From Vicugna vicugna (taxonomy: Eukaryota), in NCBI GenBank assembly GCA_013265495.1, contig MU058531.1, positions 3,534,911 to 3,598,910 on the forward strand: a stretch of DNA of 64,000 bases. Reading direction: 5' to 3'. Positions within the stretch are counted from its first letter, which is position 1. Every line of letters starts with the position of its first letter. A model generated the notes under the pieces. That model searched no databases and was not told the origin of the DNA. It saw nothing but the letters and a program-made list of their open reading frames with translations. A program made the translations under genes and the position numbers. This document shows positions 28,356-40,280 of the stretch, piece by piece.

Positions 28356-28372
28356 AACAAAGCAACTAAAAG
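28210..28372 (+). mobile_element. tRNA-Ala-derived SINE with (CA)n tail, abutting the U6 retrocopy
   Basis: ggggaaggtatag...cctgggttcaatctccagtacctc...aaacctaattaccc(ac)n. Confidence 0.85.
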
Positions 28373-29319
28373 GGAAGAACTTTATGGAGAATTTTGAAGA
28401 ATCTCATACCTGGAAGTCCCACACCCAAATCTAGACTCATTCTCCCCATGGTGACAGCACCCACTGCTTACTTTACACACACACATGCTCACACTCACAC
28501 ATGCTCCTTCTCAGTGGCAGTAAGAAAAAACTCCTTTAAAACTGCAGCCTCTTCCAGGTCACCTGGGAACCAAAGCATCGCGTGGAATCCGGGAGACTTA
28601 AGAGCCCCTGACAGGTGCCGGCAGCACTACCGGCTTACAGCTCCCTGGCTTCTAAAGGGGATTCAAGGTGCAAGAAATGGAGGAGAAAGCTTATAGAAAG
28701 CCCCCCAAGCTGCACCCACACCGGCTCCCTCACCTCTCAGGAGGAGGAAACACATCTCATGGCCTCACTGCCCCTCTCACCTCTGATGGGAGAAACTTCC
28801 TTCCTGATCACAAATACAGACAATAAGAGCTCACAAACCACCAGGAAGTCCATGTGTTACAATAGGATATACGGAAAATAAAGGAAAATGTTACCCTTTC
28901 TCAACCATTTCCTTGGGCCCCAGGCATTTTATCTGGTTCCATAGGATAATAGACTTTGTCGAGGTTTTTCTCAATTCTCACTACGAGGATAAAATAACCC
29001 TGCCCTTCCTCCGTAAAGTAGCTAATCTTCTCCCTAGGGAACCTTGAAATAATATTGCTTTCTGTGTTGTAAATTCGAAGTGGAGTGTTGATTCCTAGAG
29101 GGACTAAAGTTGTCTTAGTGGAAACAATAGTGAGTTGGATATTTCATGTGGTGAAAGGGAAAAATGTTTTTCCTGGAGGTTCTGTTTTTTCCCCCTCAAT
29201 AAAATAGGCCCAAATGCCATTATTTATGACTGTTATGATTTCGTTCCCTTAGCCAAGTAGATTCTTCAGATGTAGTGTGTGAAGTTGCAAAAACAAATTC
29301 TGAATATGTTTTTCTGTAG

Positions 29320-29526
<207 letters not shown>

Positions 29527-32500
29527 TAAGTTTTACATTTTTAAAGTTAGGTTGCTTATTTCTTCTTTTTCCTACTCCAGTTTGGTTTCAGGTCGACATT
29601 TCATAAAAACCCACCACCTTTATCCATAAGCTGAGCTTCTTTATCTTTAAATTTTTCCAATTCTGTATTAGGATTTACCTTTCTAATCTGGATATTTTGT
29701 TCTAAAATTTAACTTCTTGCTGTCTGTGATCCCTTCTTAAAAACTAGAGCTGTCCTGCCATTTCTAAAAATGTAACAAATTAAATTTCAGAATTAGAACC
29801 ATGATCCTTTATTTATTTCATAGCTGCTATAAAAATGATTTTTGTTCATTGTGGGTGGGGCAGAGGGGTGAGTGTTAACATATTTTTAAATCAAATATAC
29901 TGAGTTAGTAGGGCTGGAGTCGGTCATACCCAGAAATCAGTATTGTGGCAGCTCCCTTGACCTCTGGTTGATTCTAAGGCAGGTCATTTCAGGATCTCAC
30001 TTTCAGGTGGCCTCTGCAGCTTTGTGACTGCTCAGTTGTTCCAATTGCTGTGTATTGTCAGGCATTGCAGTCTGGCCAGGCATGCGTACTTGACCCACAA
30101 CCAGATGAGAAGTCCAGAAATCAGTGGTCTTGGGGCAGGCATTGCATCTCTTCAAGTCCATTTACTCATAGTGAAGCCCCACTCAAATGGCAGAGCCTGG
30201 CCCAGCTAGAGGAATCCTTGAGCACCATCCAAAACTATTACATCTATTGACTTTGACATCTTGGCCACGAAAGGCTTTATTTGTGTTCAGTACTCATGAA
30301 TCATACCTTGAAGTTGTCCTCGAGTCCTTGTACATGTATATGTATGTTTGTGAGACATTGCTGTTTGTTTTGCAGAGCCTTTCCCAGTTATCTGTGTGTG
30401 GGGGAGCTTTCATTGGGAAGGGGGACAGTGTTTTTGGAAAACAATTTCTTTGGAATTGTAGCGCTAGATCTTTAGAATCAGTTGTAAACACAGAAATGAA
30501 CGCCTATGTCTGAATCTCTAACGCTATTATGTTTCAAGGAGGTAAGTCTGTATCCAGATTTCTCCAAAGTCTTTGGACTTTCTTCCAAACCTCATTTCAT
30601 AGCTCATTCCCCCATAGAGGACCCAAGTGCTCGAAGATTAATCATTACTGCCCTTACCACAGTGTCTCATCCCTAAAGCTCAAATGTCTCACAAGTAAGT
30701 TTCAACTATTTGTTCTTTTTAAGTGTATCTCAAGTCAAAGATTATTTGAAAGTTTTCTCACTAATTTTTGCTGACATTAGTGCCACTCTATATATAAAGA
30801 GAGAGGACCATCTACAAATAAGCACAAAGACACATCTTATAGCCATCTAAGTCCTGAATCTGTATCTAAGTCTATCTACCTATCTCTATATATAGATATC
30901 ATGTATATGTCTACATCCTCCCACAAAGGATTTTGTAGATGCTTATAAGAATAAATATGAATAATTGAAGCTATTAAGGAAAAAGGAAAACAGGATCAGA
31001 AAAAATAAAACATACAGAAATATATACTATATGATGTTTACAGTGACTAAATTTTGTTCTGAGATAGTGGCCAAAGGAAAGAGGGAATCAGGATTCACAG
31101 TATTTGTGAGAAAAATCAAATATATTTGGGAGAAGCATGCCTTTTCTTCATATTGATATCTGGCTAAAATTCCTTCCTTAAATCCTTAAATAATGGGTAC
31201 ATTACCCCTGAATAGATAAAATCATGAATTTCATATGACTCTTTTTTATAACAGCTTTCACTTGGGGCCCTGGGTGTGGGTGTGGGTGTATAGGTGTGTA
31301 TGTAAATTACAGGTGTCAGCTTTTCTAAAATACTTTTAGAAATGCTACCTTGGTTGAGTCTCAGAGACCAAGCCTCTGAGCTTTCCATTTACCATTCTTT
31401 CCTTTTGTCTGGGATTCTGTCCAGTGATCAGTTTCTTGCCTCATCTCATCACCTCCCATGAAATCTTTATATCCAATTTTCTGCTTATTCCCTTGTCCTC
31501 TCCATAATGATTTTTATCATCTACGTCCTAAGAACATTGCTCTTCCACTTCCCATTTTTCAGACTCTGCTTGTAAGCACTCTTAGAAGGGGTAAAAAGTA
31601 ATACAACAATGCAAGTATTTCTTTTACAAAACCTGCAAAGTCATATTGAAATTTATGTACCTCAGTACCAGTAAGTGTTCTTACCCCAAGTGACTGCTAC
31701 TTTGAAAAGAACCACTGAACCACATAGGATAGGTGTAGGGGTGTTTAATAGAATTCACTGAAACTAGATCAGCACTGTTTCCAGGACCATCTACCAGGAC
31801 TTTGGAATCCATTCCTGATCCAGAGTCCCACGTTAAAATATCCAGCACAAGGTTGTATGTGGAAAAGAGATTTCCAGATCCCAAAACCCCTGGGAAGTGT
31901 GGTTTGTTGTTGATTTGGTTGAAACAAGGACTCTACAAACAATAACCTCCAATCTCCATTCTTGTGGCAGCCACCAACCCTGTGAAAATTACAAGGAAAG
32001 AAGGGACAATCTCATGGTCTTGTGGTTCATCCAGCCTGTAGAGTACTCATAATTTTTCTCAAACCTCTCAGCTACTCCTGCCCGAAAACCCATTTGAAGC
32101 CCTCACAGAAGTCCCAGAAAAGTGATCATAAAAGGTTTAAGATTTCAGCAGGAAAGGAACTGGACTGAGAGACTCAAAATGTCAGTAGGATGTTAAGACC
32201 AACTTGTCCAACTCATCATCATCCTGTACAAATGAGGAAGTGGTACCCAGAGAGGTGAAGTCACTCTCCTAAGTGATGCCTGGCAGAGCTGGGGTGTGAG
32301 CCTGACCACGTGTTCAACTGCAGAACAGGATCTTTTCTTCTTCAGTGTTTAAGGCATTTCTTGTCACTGAAGAGGAGCTAACCCTTAGCTTCTTTTTGTT
32401 TCTAGTCCCTGTAGATTAGGAACATCTTAATTCTAAAAACATTCCAATTACATTTCATATAAGGTATAAAGCTCATTAATAGTGACTTTTCAAATTTACC

Positions 32501-32759
32501 ACCATGAAGAATAAATAAGCTTTGCCTGTGTGAACATGTGTAAGTCATGAAGGCATAAGAGTTGCATATGGCACAATTGTAAGAAAATGGAAATTAAGGT
32601 GTGCAGAGAAGGGTGTTGGGACATATAGGAGCTGCAGCTTCTTATTACCAATATTGTTGACCCTCTTTAAGATGCTGCAGCTTAAGAAGGATTTGTACAT
32701 TTGGAGAAATCAGATATAAGTAGTTCAGACAGAAGCTGAGAATGGAAGCTGCTTGAGAT

Positions 32760-32985
32760 AATTAAGAGCTCAAAGCTTGTAGTCACATTGTCTGGGACTG
32801 AATCTTACCCCCACCAGTTACTATATGTGTCACCTGGGTAGGTGACTTAATCTTCCTAAGGCTCAGTTTTTTAATCTGCAAGATGGGAATGATCAGAATA
32901 CCTTATAGGGTTGTTGTACGTGAGATGACTGTAAAATAAGCAATTTACATTTTAAATGCCGTATAAATGGTGGCTATTGTAATTA
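32760..32985 (+). mobile_element. MIR SINE
   Basis: gtgacttaatctt...ctcagttttttaatctgcaagatggga...atagggttgttgt. Confidence 0.75.
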
Positions 32986-34879
32986 ATGCCTGCCATTACA
33001 CCCTTTAGATGTCAAGCTGGGCACTTAAGGTGTGGGCACCTGTGGCAGCAGTCACCATTTTAGGTGAGGTGACCCCTCAGTCACCCTTTCTTTCCTTATT
33101 GGAGACAGACCTCCTACCCCAACAACCTCCTTAGAGACTTGCCTGGAAGATGATCCAACTCCTGAGGGATTAAAATAAGAAAGCTAAGCGTAAGGAGGTA
33201 GAGTACTTGAGAAAAGATCATAGTTACCAAGATTTGCCAGACACACACATGCACTGACGTGCACACACAAAATAATAAAATCGTAGGAAACCAATCAGTT
33301 ATTCTCCACTGAGGATGGTGCAGACAAGTCCCAATCTTACGGACACCTACCTCATAACATCCTTTAGGGACAGCTGACTGCTTCTGCCAAGCCCAGACCT
33401 TAACATGGTCTCTGCCACCCCCACTCTGGCTTTGCTGAGGGTATCTGGGACTGGGGATACCTACCCGCTTCTGTCCCCTTGACCAAGACCCAGTCCTGCT
33501 TCTGTGACCTGTAAGAAAGAAAGCTATTTTCCCAATATCTGCACAACATTCAGTTTAAGCTTGTTTGTCACTTGAATGCCAACTTGAAACTTGGACTCCA
33601 TTTTTACAGAAAAGCAATATTTGTTTAGGTGTCTATGTTCTAGGATGTTGACTCTGCAAATACAATCCAAACAATAATAATGCTAGTAATATTTAACATG
33701 CTAGTATTTATTGAGAGCCTACTCTTAAACAAACACTGTGCTAAATACTTTTCATATATTAAATTAGCTAATCCTCACAGCACTGCCATTTCACTCAGGG
33801 CCAGAATTTAACCTCAGGCAGGTTGGCTCTGAAGTCCTCACACTACCCAGACATACAATAGAAGCTGCCTATGGTTGAGGAAGGTGCTAGGTTAATTAAA
33901 AGCAAGAATTTGCCAGAAGCAAGCTTAGAACTCTGGATTTTATTACAGGGACCAGCTATAGCAAGTCCTTTGGAAAAGGTGTGCATTTTCTTCTATCTTA
34001 CAAAATTAAATGTAGTCTTATCATTTGATGAATCATGTTTATGTAATCATATTAATTTTGCAGGAAGTAACACGACATTATTAAGAAACTACGTAACCAG
34101 GATGATAAATAGCCCACTTGTCCTCTAATACAAGATTTTCATTGGGATACATAAAAACAAAAAGTGTTCATCTATCAATTTATGGTTTCTCATGGAAGGA
34201 TGCTTCAGAGCCTCCTCTGGGGTCAGACACAGACTTTCCTATTGTTTTCACTCCTTGGTCCTCTCCTTAAGGCATATGACCTAAGTTTGACTAGGTAGTT
34301 TCTTTGCTGGTAAACCATATCTTTGATTTGGTTAATGTTATTTAATTCCTGAACAGCTCTTTAAGTTCCACATTATTCCTTCTTGTAAACCCACAGAAAC
34401 TTGTTTCCTAAGAGAATCAGTCATAGAAGTGCATAAAATTCACCATATGATCTAAGTTTCTAGTTTCCTTCTTGAACTTATTTCATTACAAACAGTTGTC
34501 AGTCTTATCTTGGCCATTAGTCCCTGGAAGAATGCTTTTTAAAGGAATTATTAACACCAGGCATTAGTTCTTCTTGTGTTCTAAAATAGCTCCTGGTCCT
34601 AAGAAGGACAGTGTCCTCTCTCTCCCAACTTACATCATCCCTGAGCACCAGAAACAGGCCCCAGAGAAGCCTCATAATTTTTCTTCCCAGATACCACTTT
34701 CCATAATGCCTGTAGTTTTTCACTGGAAAATACTTGATTGAGCTCAGAACTCAAATTAAATGGAATATGGAAAACCCCATTTCTCTTGCTAAATTAAAAG
34801 CAGAAGTTCTATGTCCAGATTAACATGTGTTACATTTCACAGGTACTGATGCTCACCAATTGAATCCTTCTTACTCTTA

Positions 34880-35060
34880 AAAAAAACAAGAAGTGTGACA
34901 GGGAGAATGTGGAAGTGGTCCCAGAGAAAGGAAATAAAAAGATGAAAGAACTTGGATATGGCCCTGAAGAAAGCCCCATTAGAGGAACAGCTGGGCTATT
35001 TTGCCTAGAGAAAAGGAAATGGGGAGAAAAAGTGACAGGATGAAACCTCGGTCTTTTTAT
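34880..35060 (+). mobile_element. CR1/L3 fragment
   Basis: gtcccagagaaagg...ctgggctattttgcctagagaaaagga resembles the L3 RT 3' region. Confidence 0.45.
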
Positions 35061-35069
35061 GCTTAAATA

Positions 35070-35310
35070 TAATTGTGTACTGCATTGAGCCAGACGCTGT
35101 GCTGAGTTTTTTTTTTTTTTACAAGTATTATCTTATTTGAGCTTCACTATTACTCATTATTAAGTGGGTATTATCTTTTTGCCATTAACAGATGAGTAAA
35201 GGTGAGGTTCAGAGAGGTTGAGTGATTTGACTAGCTCACACAGCGAAGAGGGTGGAGCCAAACGTTACACCCAAGGTGACTCTAGAGGGCATGTTCCTAA
35301 CCACCATGCA
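35070..35310 (-). mobile_element. MIR SINE
   Basis: acagatgagtaaaggtgaggttcagagaggttgagtgatttg. Confidence 0.75.
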
Positions 35311-35499
35311 TATGTATAAAGCATGGACAGAAGTATTATGCAGAAGACCTAAGTTTTGGTTTTCCATTGTTACTGAGAGCAATTGCAGAGGGACAGAGCT
35401 AAGTTAAATACAAAAGATTTTCCTCCTTTTTCTTTTTTCTTCACTTTTTATGGTGAAAAGTAACATTAAGGAAAGTGTGTAAGAAAGAATGGATTTAGA

Positions 35500-36530
35500 C
35501 CTGGGACCCAGATCTTGATTTCTAATAACACTCTTCAATGAAAGAAAGCAAAGCTCCTTGGAAAAATGGCTAGTTCTAGGTCTGGGATAGGAAATACACA
35601 AGATGAGCCTGGAGCATCTTCTTGTGCCAAAAAGTAAAGCAGTGCTGTAGAAAAAAACCCACAATAATGGGGTTATATCAGGCTATGCCAAAGAAGCACA
35701 AGAGCCAACTGAAAGAGCTCCCGATGGCCTAGGCTGGAACAATTTGCAACAAAATAAAGTAGTATTATATTATAATCCCAAGTATTGTATAAATATTTGT
35801 GAATCCATATACGTAAATGATAAATAAACAAATGAAGGAGAAGAAACAAATCTCCCACGTGGAAGAATTTCAAATAACTTATACAGATACTTGCCCTCTA
35901 AGAAGTAGAGCAGGACTCTCCATCCTTAAGTGTGGGCTGCACACAGTGACTTCCTTCCAAAGAGGACAGTATAAAAGGAGTTGTCTTTTTTTTTTTAAGT
36001 AAGTTTACAGTGGGACAGGACCAGCACTACTTCAGCCAGGTCAACATCGACAGGGTAAGTCATGTCAATAGTATGTTCCCTGGATATGATGTGATGAGAA
36101 TGGCACTCTACCTCTGTGGTCTTCCTCCCCAGAACCCATCTAATTAAGAGAAAAATATCAGGCAAATTCTAATTGATGGTCATTCTACAAAACGCCTAAC
36201 AACTGCTCCTCAAAACTGTCAAGATCGTCAAAAACAGTGAAAGTCTGAGAAACTGTGACATAAAGAAGTATGACGATTAAATGTAACATGGTATCCTAGA
36301 TGAGATCCTGGAACAGAAAAGGGAAACAGGTTAAAAAAAAAAAGCTAAGGAAATCTAAACAGAGTATGCACTTCAATTAATAATGATGCATCGGTATTGG
36401 TTCATGAATTGTGTCAAATACACCACCCTACTGTAAGATGTCAGTAATAGGGAAAACTGGATGTGGGTTATACTATCTTTGCAGTTTCTCTACAAATCTA
36501 AAAATATTCTAAAATTAATTTTTAAAAAAA
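35500..36530 (+). mobile_element. Ancient LINE-1 3' region (L1MC/L1MD-like)
   Basis: gctccttggaaaaatggctagttctagg...gatgagcctggagcatct...atggtatcctagatgagatcctggaacagaaaagg. Confidence 0.8.
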
Positions 36531-36539
36531 ACTAATGTA

Positions 36540-36950
36540 TTTGAATAATTGTCTAGTAAATGCGTGCATAACTACAATCCAGAGTGAAAACATTGCCAGC
36601 ACCCATTAAACCCCTTGTTTCCCTTCTCAATTATGTCACCACCTTGCCCTCTAGAGAAAAATTCACTGCTGTGAATTTTATGATAATATATCTTGCTTTT
36701 CTTTATAATTTTACTACTATTATGCCTTTCTAAATGGTATAGTAGTCTTTCCTGGGTTTGAAATTTACATTTACATCAGTGTAATCATACAGTATATATG
36801 CTTGTAGGTCTTGCTGAAGATTTGTCCATGTTGTTGCAGGTAGTTGGCCGTTGCATTTTCATTTTCATTGCTATGCATAATTATGTTATATGAAAACATC
36901 AAATTTTATTTATACATTTTATTGTTGCTGGACCTTTGGGTTGTTTCCAG
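36540..36950 (-). mobile_element. Degraded ancient LINE-1 3' fragment (L1ME-like)
   Basis: aacattgccagcaccc...atcatacagtatat...atttgtccatgttgttgca...ggacctttgggttgtttccag. Confidence 0.65.
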
Positions 36951-37460
36951 TGTGGATTACCTGAAAAGGATATTCTGACCATCAGATTTGTGAGATCTCT
37001 TGTGAATTTCTTTTCTTTTTTAAGAATATCTATTAATATTAGACAAGGAAGAAGAACCTCCTGCTGTTTGAAAGCAGGAGTGGGATCTTGCTCAGGAACC
37101 AGGATCCAGACTGAGTGTCCAGAAGCCCATTGTTGCCGCTCATGCCTCGCCAAGAGGCAGGTGGCTGTCCAAGTGCCTCAAGGTGATGGGAATATTCCTT
37201 CCCAGGGATGTATGGACCAGCTCCTCAATTTTATCCACCACTTTGCTAGTGATGTCTATGGGTCAAAGAGCAGAAAGCTTGACCTTACAAACAGTTCCTC
37301 ATGTTTAGAAGAGAATGAGTCTCTCTTGGGTACATTTCTACCAAAGTGGCCAGATAGAAAGGAGGCAGTAAAGTCTCCCTTGACTTTCCCCCAATATCCT
37401 TCTGGCTCTGGTAATCCAGGTTCCCCACTCAGGCAAGGCAACCTGATAAATTTCCCGATC

Positions 37461-38523
37461 AGGCGCTCAGCGCGCGGGAGGCGGGCTGTTCTCGCGATGC
37501 TGGGCACGCTGAGCCGCCTACGCGTGAGGTCTGGGCGGGAGGTCCGCGCGCGGAAGGGGTCCCGGCTGCTGCTGCTGCTGCTCCCCACGCGGGCGCAAGA
37601 CCCGCCACGACCCGCCAGCGAAGTCCAAGGTCGGGCGCGTGGCGACCCCGCCACCGGTGGATCCTGTGGAGTCTTTCGTGCTGACGAAGCGTGGCAGTAC
37701 TGCCAGACAGTACGCGCCCTCAGGCTGGAGTTCGAGGTGCGTAAGAAGGTGCACGAGGCCCGGACCCGGGGCCTGGCAGAGCGCAAGGCGCTGGAGAATG
37801 CCACCGAGCACCACGAGCTCATGGCCAGGAACCAGGCAGAGAACTGGCTGCTGCACGAGCTGCGGAAAGCCCGGCTGCGGCAAGAGGCACCGGAGTAGGA
37901 GCGGCGGCATGCCGAGGAGGAGGCCCAGTGGGCCGGAGAGGCGCAGGCCTGGGCGCAGCTCGAGGAGTGGGAGCGCTGCAGCTGCAGGAGGAGGCAAAAA
38001 ACTTCACCACCTGAGAGAACCTGAGGCACAGGTGGAAGAAACATTGAAATTCCTCAAAGAGCTACAACTGGGCCATCACCAGAGAGGGGCTGATGATCAG
38101 GCCACAGCACAAGGGCTCCTGAGGGCCCTGGAAGGACAGTGCCCACCCAGGGACCATGTGTGTATGGAGGTAGGAGGGTTGGGCCTGATCTGGAATTAAG
38201 CAGTTGGTATTTCTTATGAAGGAGGCTCAACCTGTTCCAGTGCAGCCCTCACTTTGAGGCCTCTGCACCCATCACGTAGTCAAATTTCTACACACACAGT
38301 GCCTTTTTCTGCACCCTTGTACAGCTCTCAGCACAGCACCAGACCTTAGAAGTTTACATCTCACAGAGAAGCAGATTGGGCCATAGTCCCTTCTAACAGC
38401 CAGGTTATCTCCTGAGTATTATCAAGGGCAGTAGTTGGCAAATTGCAGTCCCTGGGCCAAATCTGGGCTGTTGCCTTTTTTTTGTAAAGTATATTGGAAC
38501 ATACACGCATACACACACAAAAA
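37461..38523 (+). pseudogene. MRPS26: Processed pseudogene of mitochondrial ribosomal protein S26 (5'UTR, CDS 37497-38122, 3'UTR)
   Basis: Intronless. Across frames it reads MLGTLSRL...[24 protein letters not shown]...[10 protein letters not shown]...VHEAR...[24 protein letters not shown]...[10 protein letters not shown]...[19 protein letters not shown], which I recognise as MRPS26. Several frameshifts; stops TAG 37896-37898 and TGA 38012-38014; 3'UTR-like tail ends in a short A run near 38519-38523. Confidence 0.92.
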
Positions 38524-38829
38524 TTCCCAAGCAGATGAGTCCTTTATGTCCACATGCGCGTGTGAGCACACGCACACACACGCAGACATACACATATACA
38601 CATATAAAGTGAAAATCTAAGATTGAGTCAAGGAGAGCTGTTTTTGCTCATCTGGCCATCATGACAGTATTTCCCAGTGAGTGTCTTTGAACTAAGCGTA
38701 TTTTATTTTTAACAGAAGCACCTCTCAGGCCCACTTATTAGGTCTTGTTTTGACTATTTTAGCCCCATTGTATTCAGGTCATGACTTTTATGACCAAGTA
38801 GAAGGCAATGAACCTTGTGTTGAAGATCC

Positions 38830-39055
38830 CATGTTAGAGTTTGGCAGATCAGAATCCTGCCTTGGGTAGGCCTCTTCTGAGCTGAGTAACCTGGAGCCAG
38901 TTACTTACCCCTTCTGAACCTCAGTTTCCCCTTAGGTAAAGAAAAGAATAAGAAAACTTACTTTGCAGGTAGGTCAAATTAAGTGCAAAAACGTATGTAA
39001 AGCATTTAACATGGTTCCTGACACAAGAGGGTAAACTAATAAATGATGAAGTTTA
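38830..39055 (+). mobile_element. MIR SINE
   Basis: agttacttaccccttctgaacctcagtttcc...tatgtaaagcatttaacatggttcctgacaca. Confidence 0.75.
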
Positions 39056-39213
39056 TTATTGTTTATATTAAAAATGCAATAACTGATCTAGTAGTCCTTT
39101 AAGCCTATGGTCAGACATTGTTAAATATGTTTTAGAATACAACTATAAAAATCATTCTGTGACTTTTAGCATTTTATATTTCCTGTGCTAATTTGAGTTC
39201 ATAGTGGAATTAA

Positions 39214-40011
<798 letters not shown>

Positions 40012-40049
40012 TAATTCTCAAGATATAAATCTTATAGAAACACTTGGCA

Positions 40050-40280
40050 ACTAGACCGCCAGGGTTCATTCTCCCAGCACTGTTACTTACTACCTGAGTG
40101 ATGTTGGACAGCTTTTACTTAACCTCTCTGTGCCTCAATTTCAAATGTATAAAATGAGAATAATAATGATACCTATTCATAGGCTGGCTGTGATGTTTAA
40201 CTGAGTTAATATGTGTAAAGCCAGAAGGTAAATTCATATGTATAAAGAATAGTGTCTGGCGCCTAGTAGGTCCTATTATT
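40050..40280 (+). mobile_element. MIR SINE
   Basis: ttacttaacctctctgtgcctcaattt...tgtataaaatgagaataataat...tgagttaatatgtgtaaagc. Confidence 0.8.

Noticed and set aside
37256..38044. 262-aa antisense ORF as a gene
   Set aside because: Shadow frame of GC-rich pseudogene sequence with low-complexity Arg/Ser/Ala composition and no recognisable domain.
37497..38122. Intact MRPS26 retrogene
   Set aside because: Multiple frameshifts and two in-frame stops.
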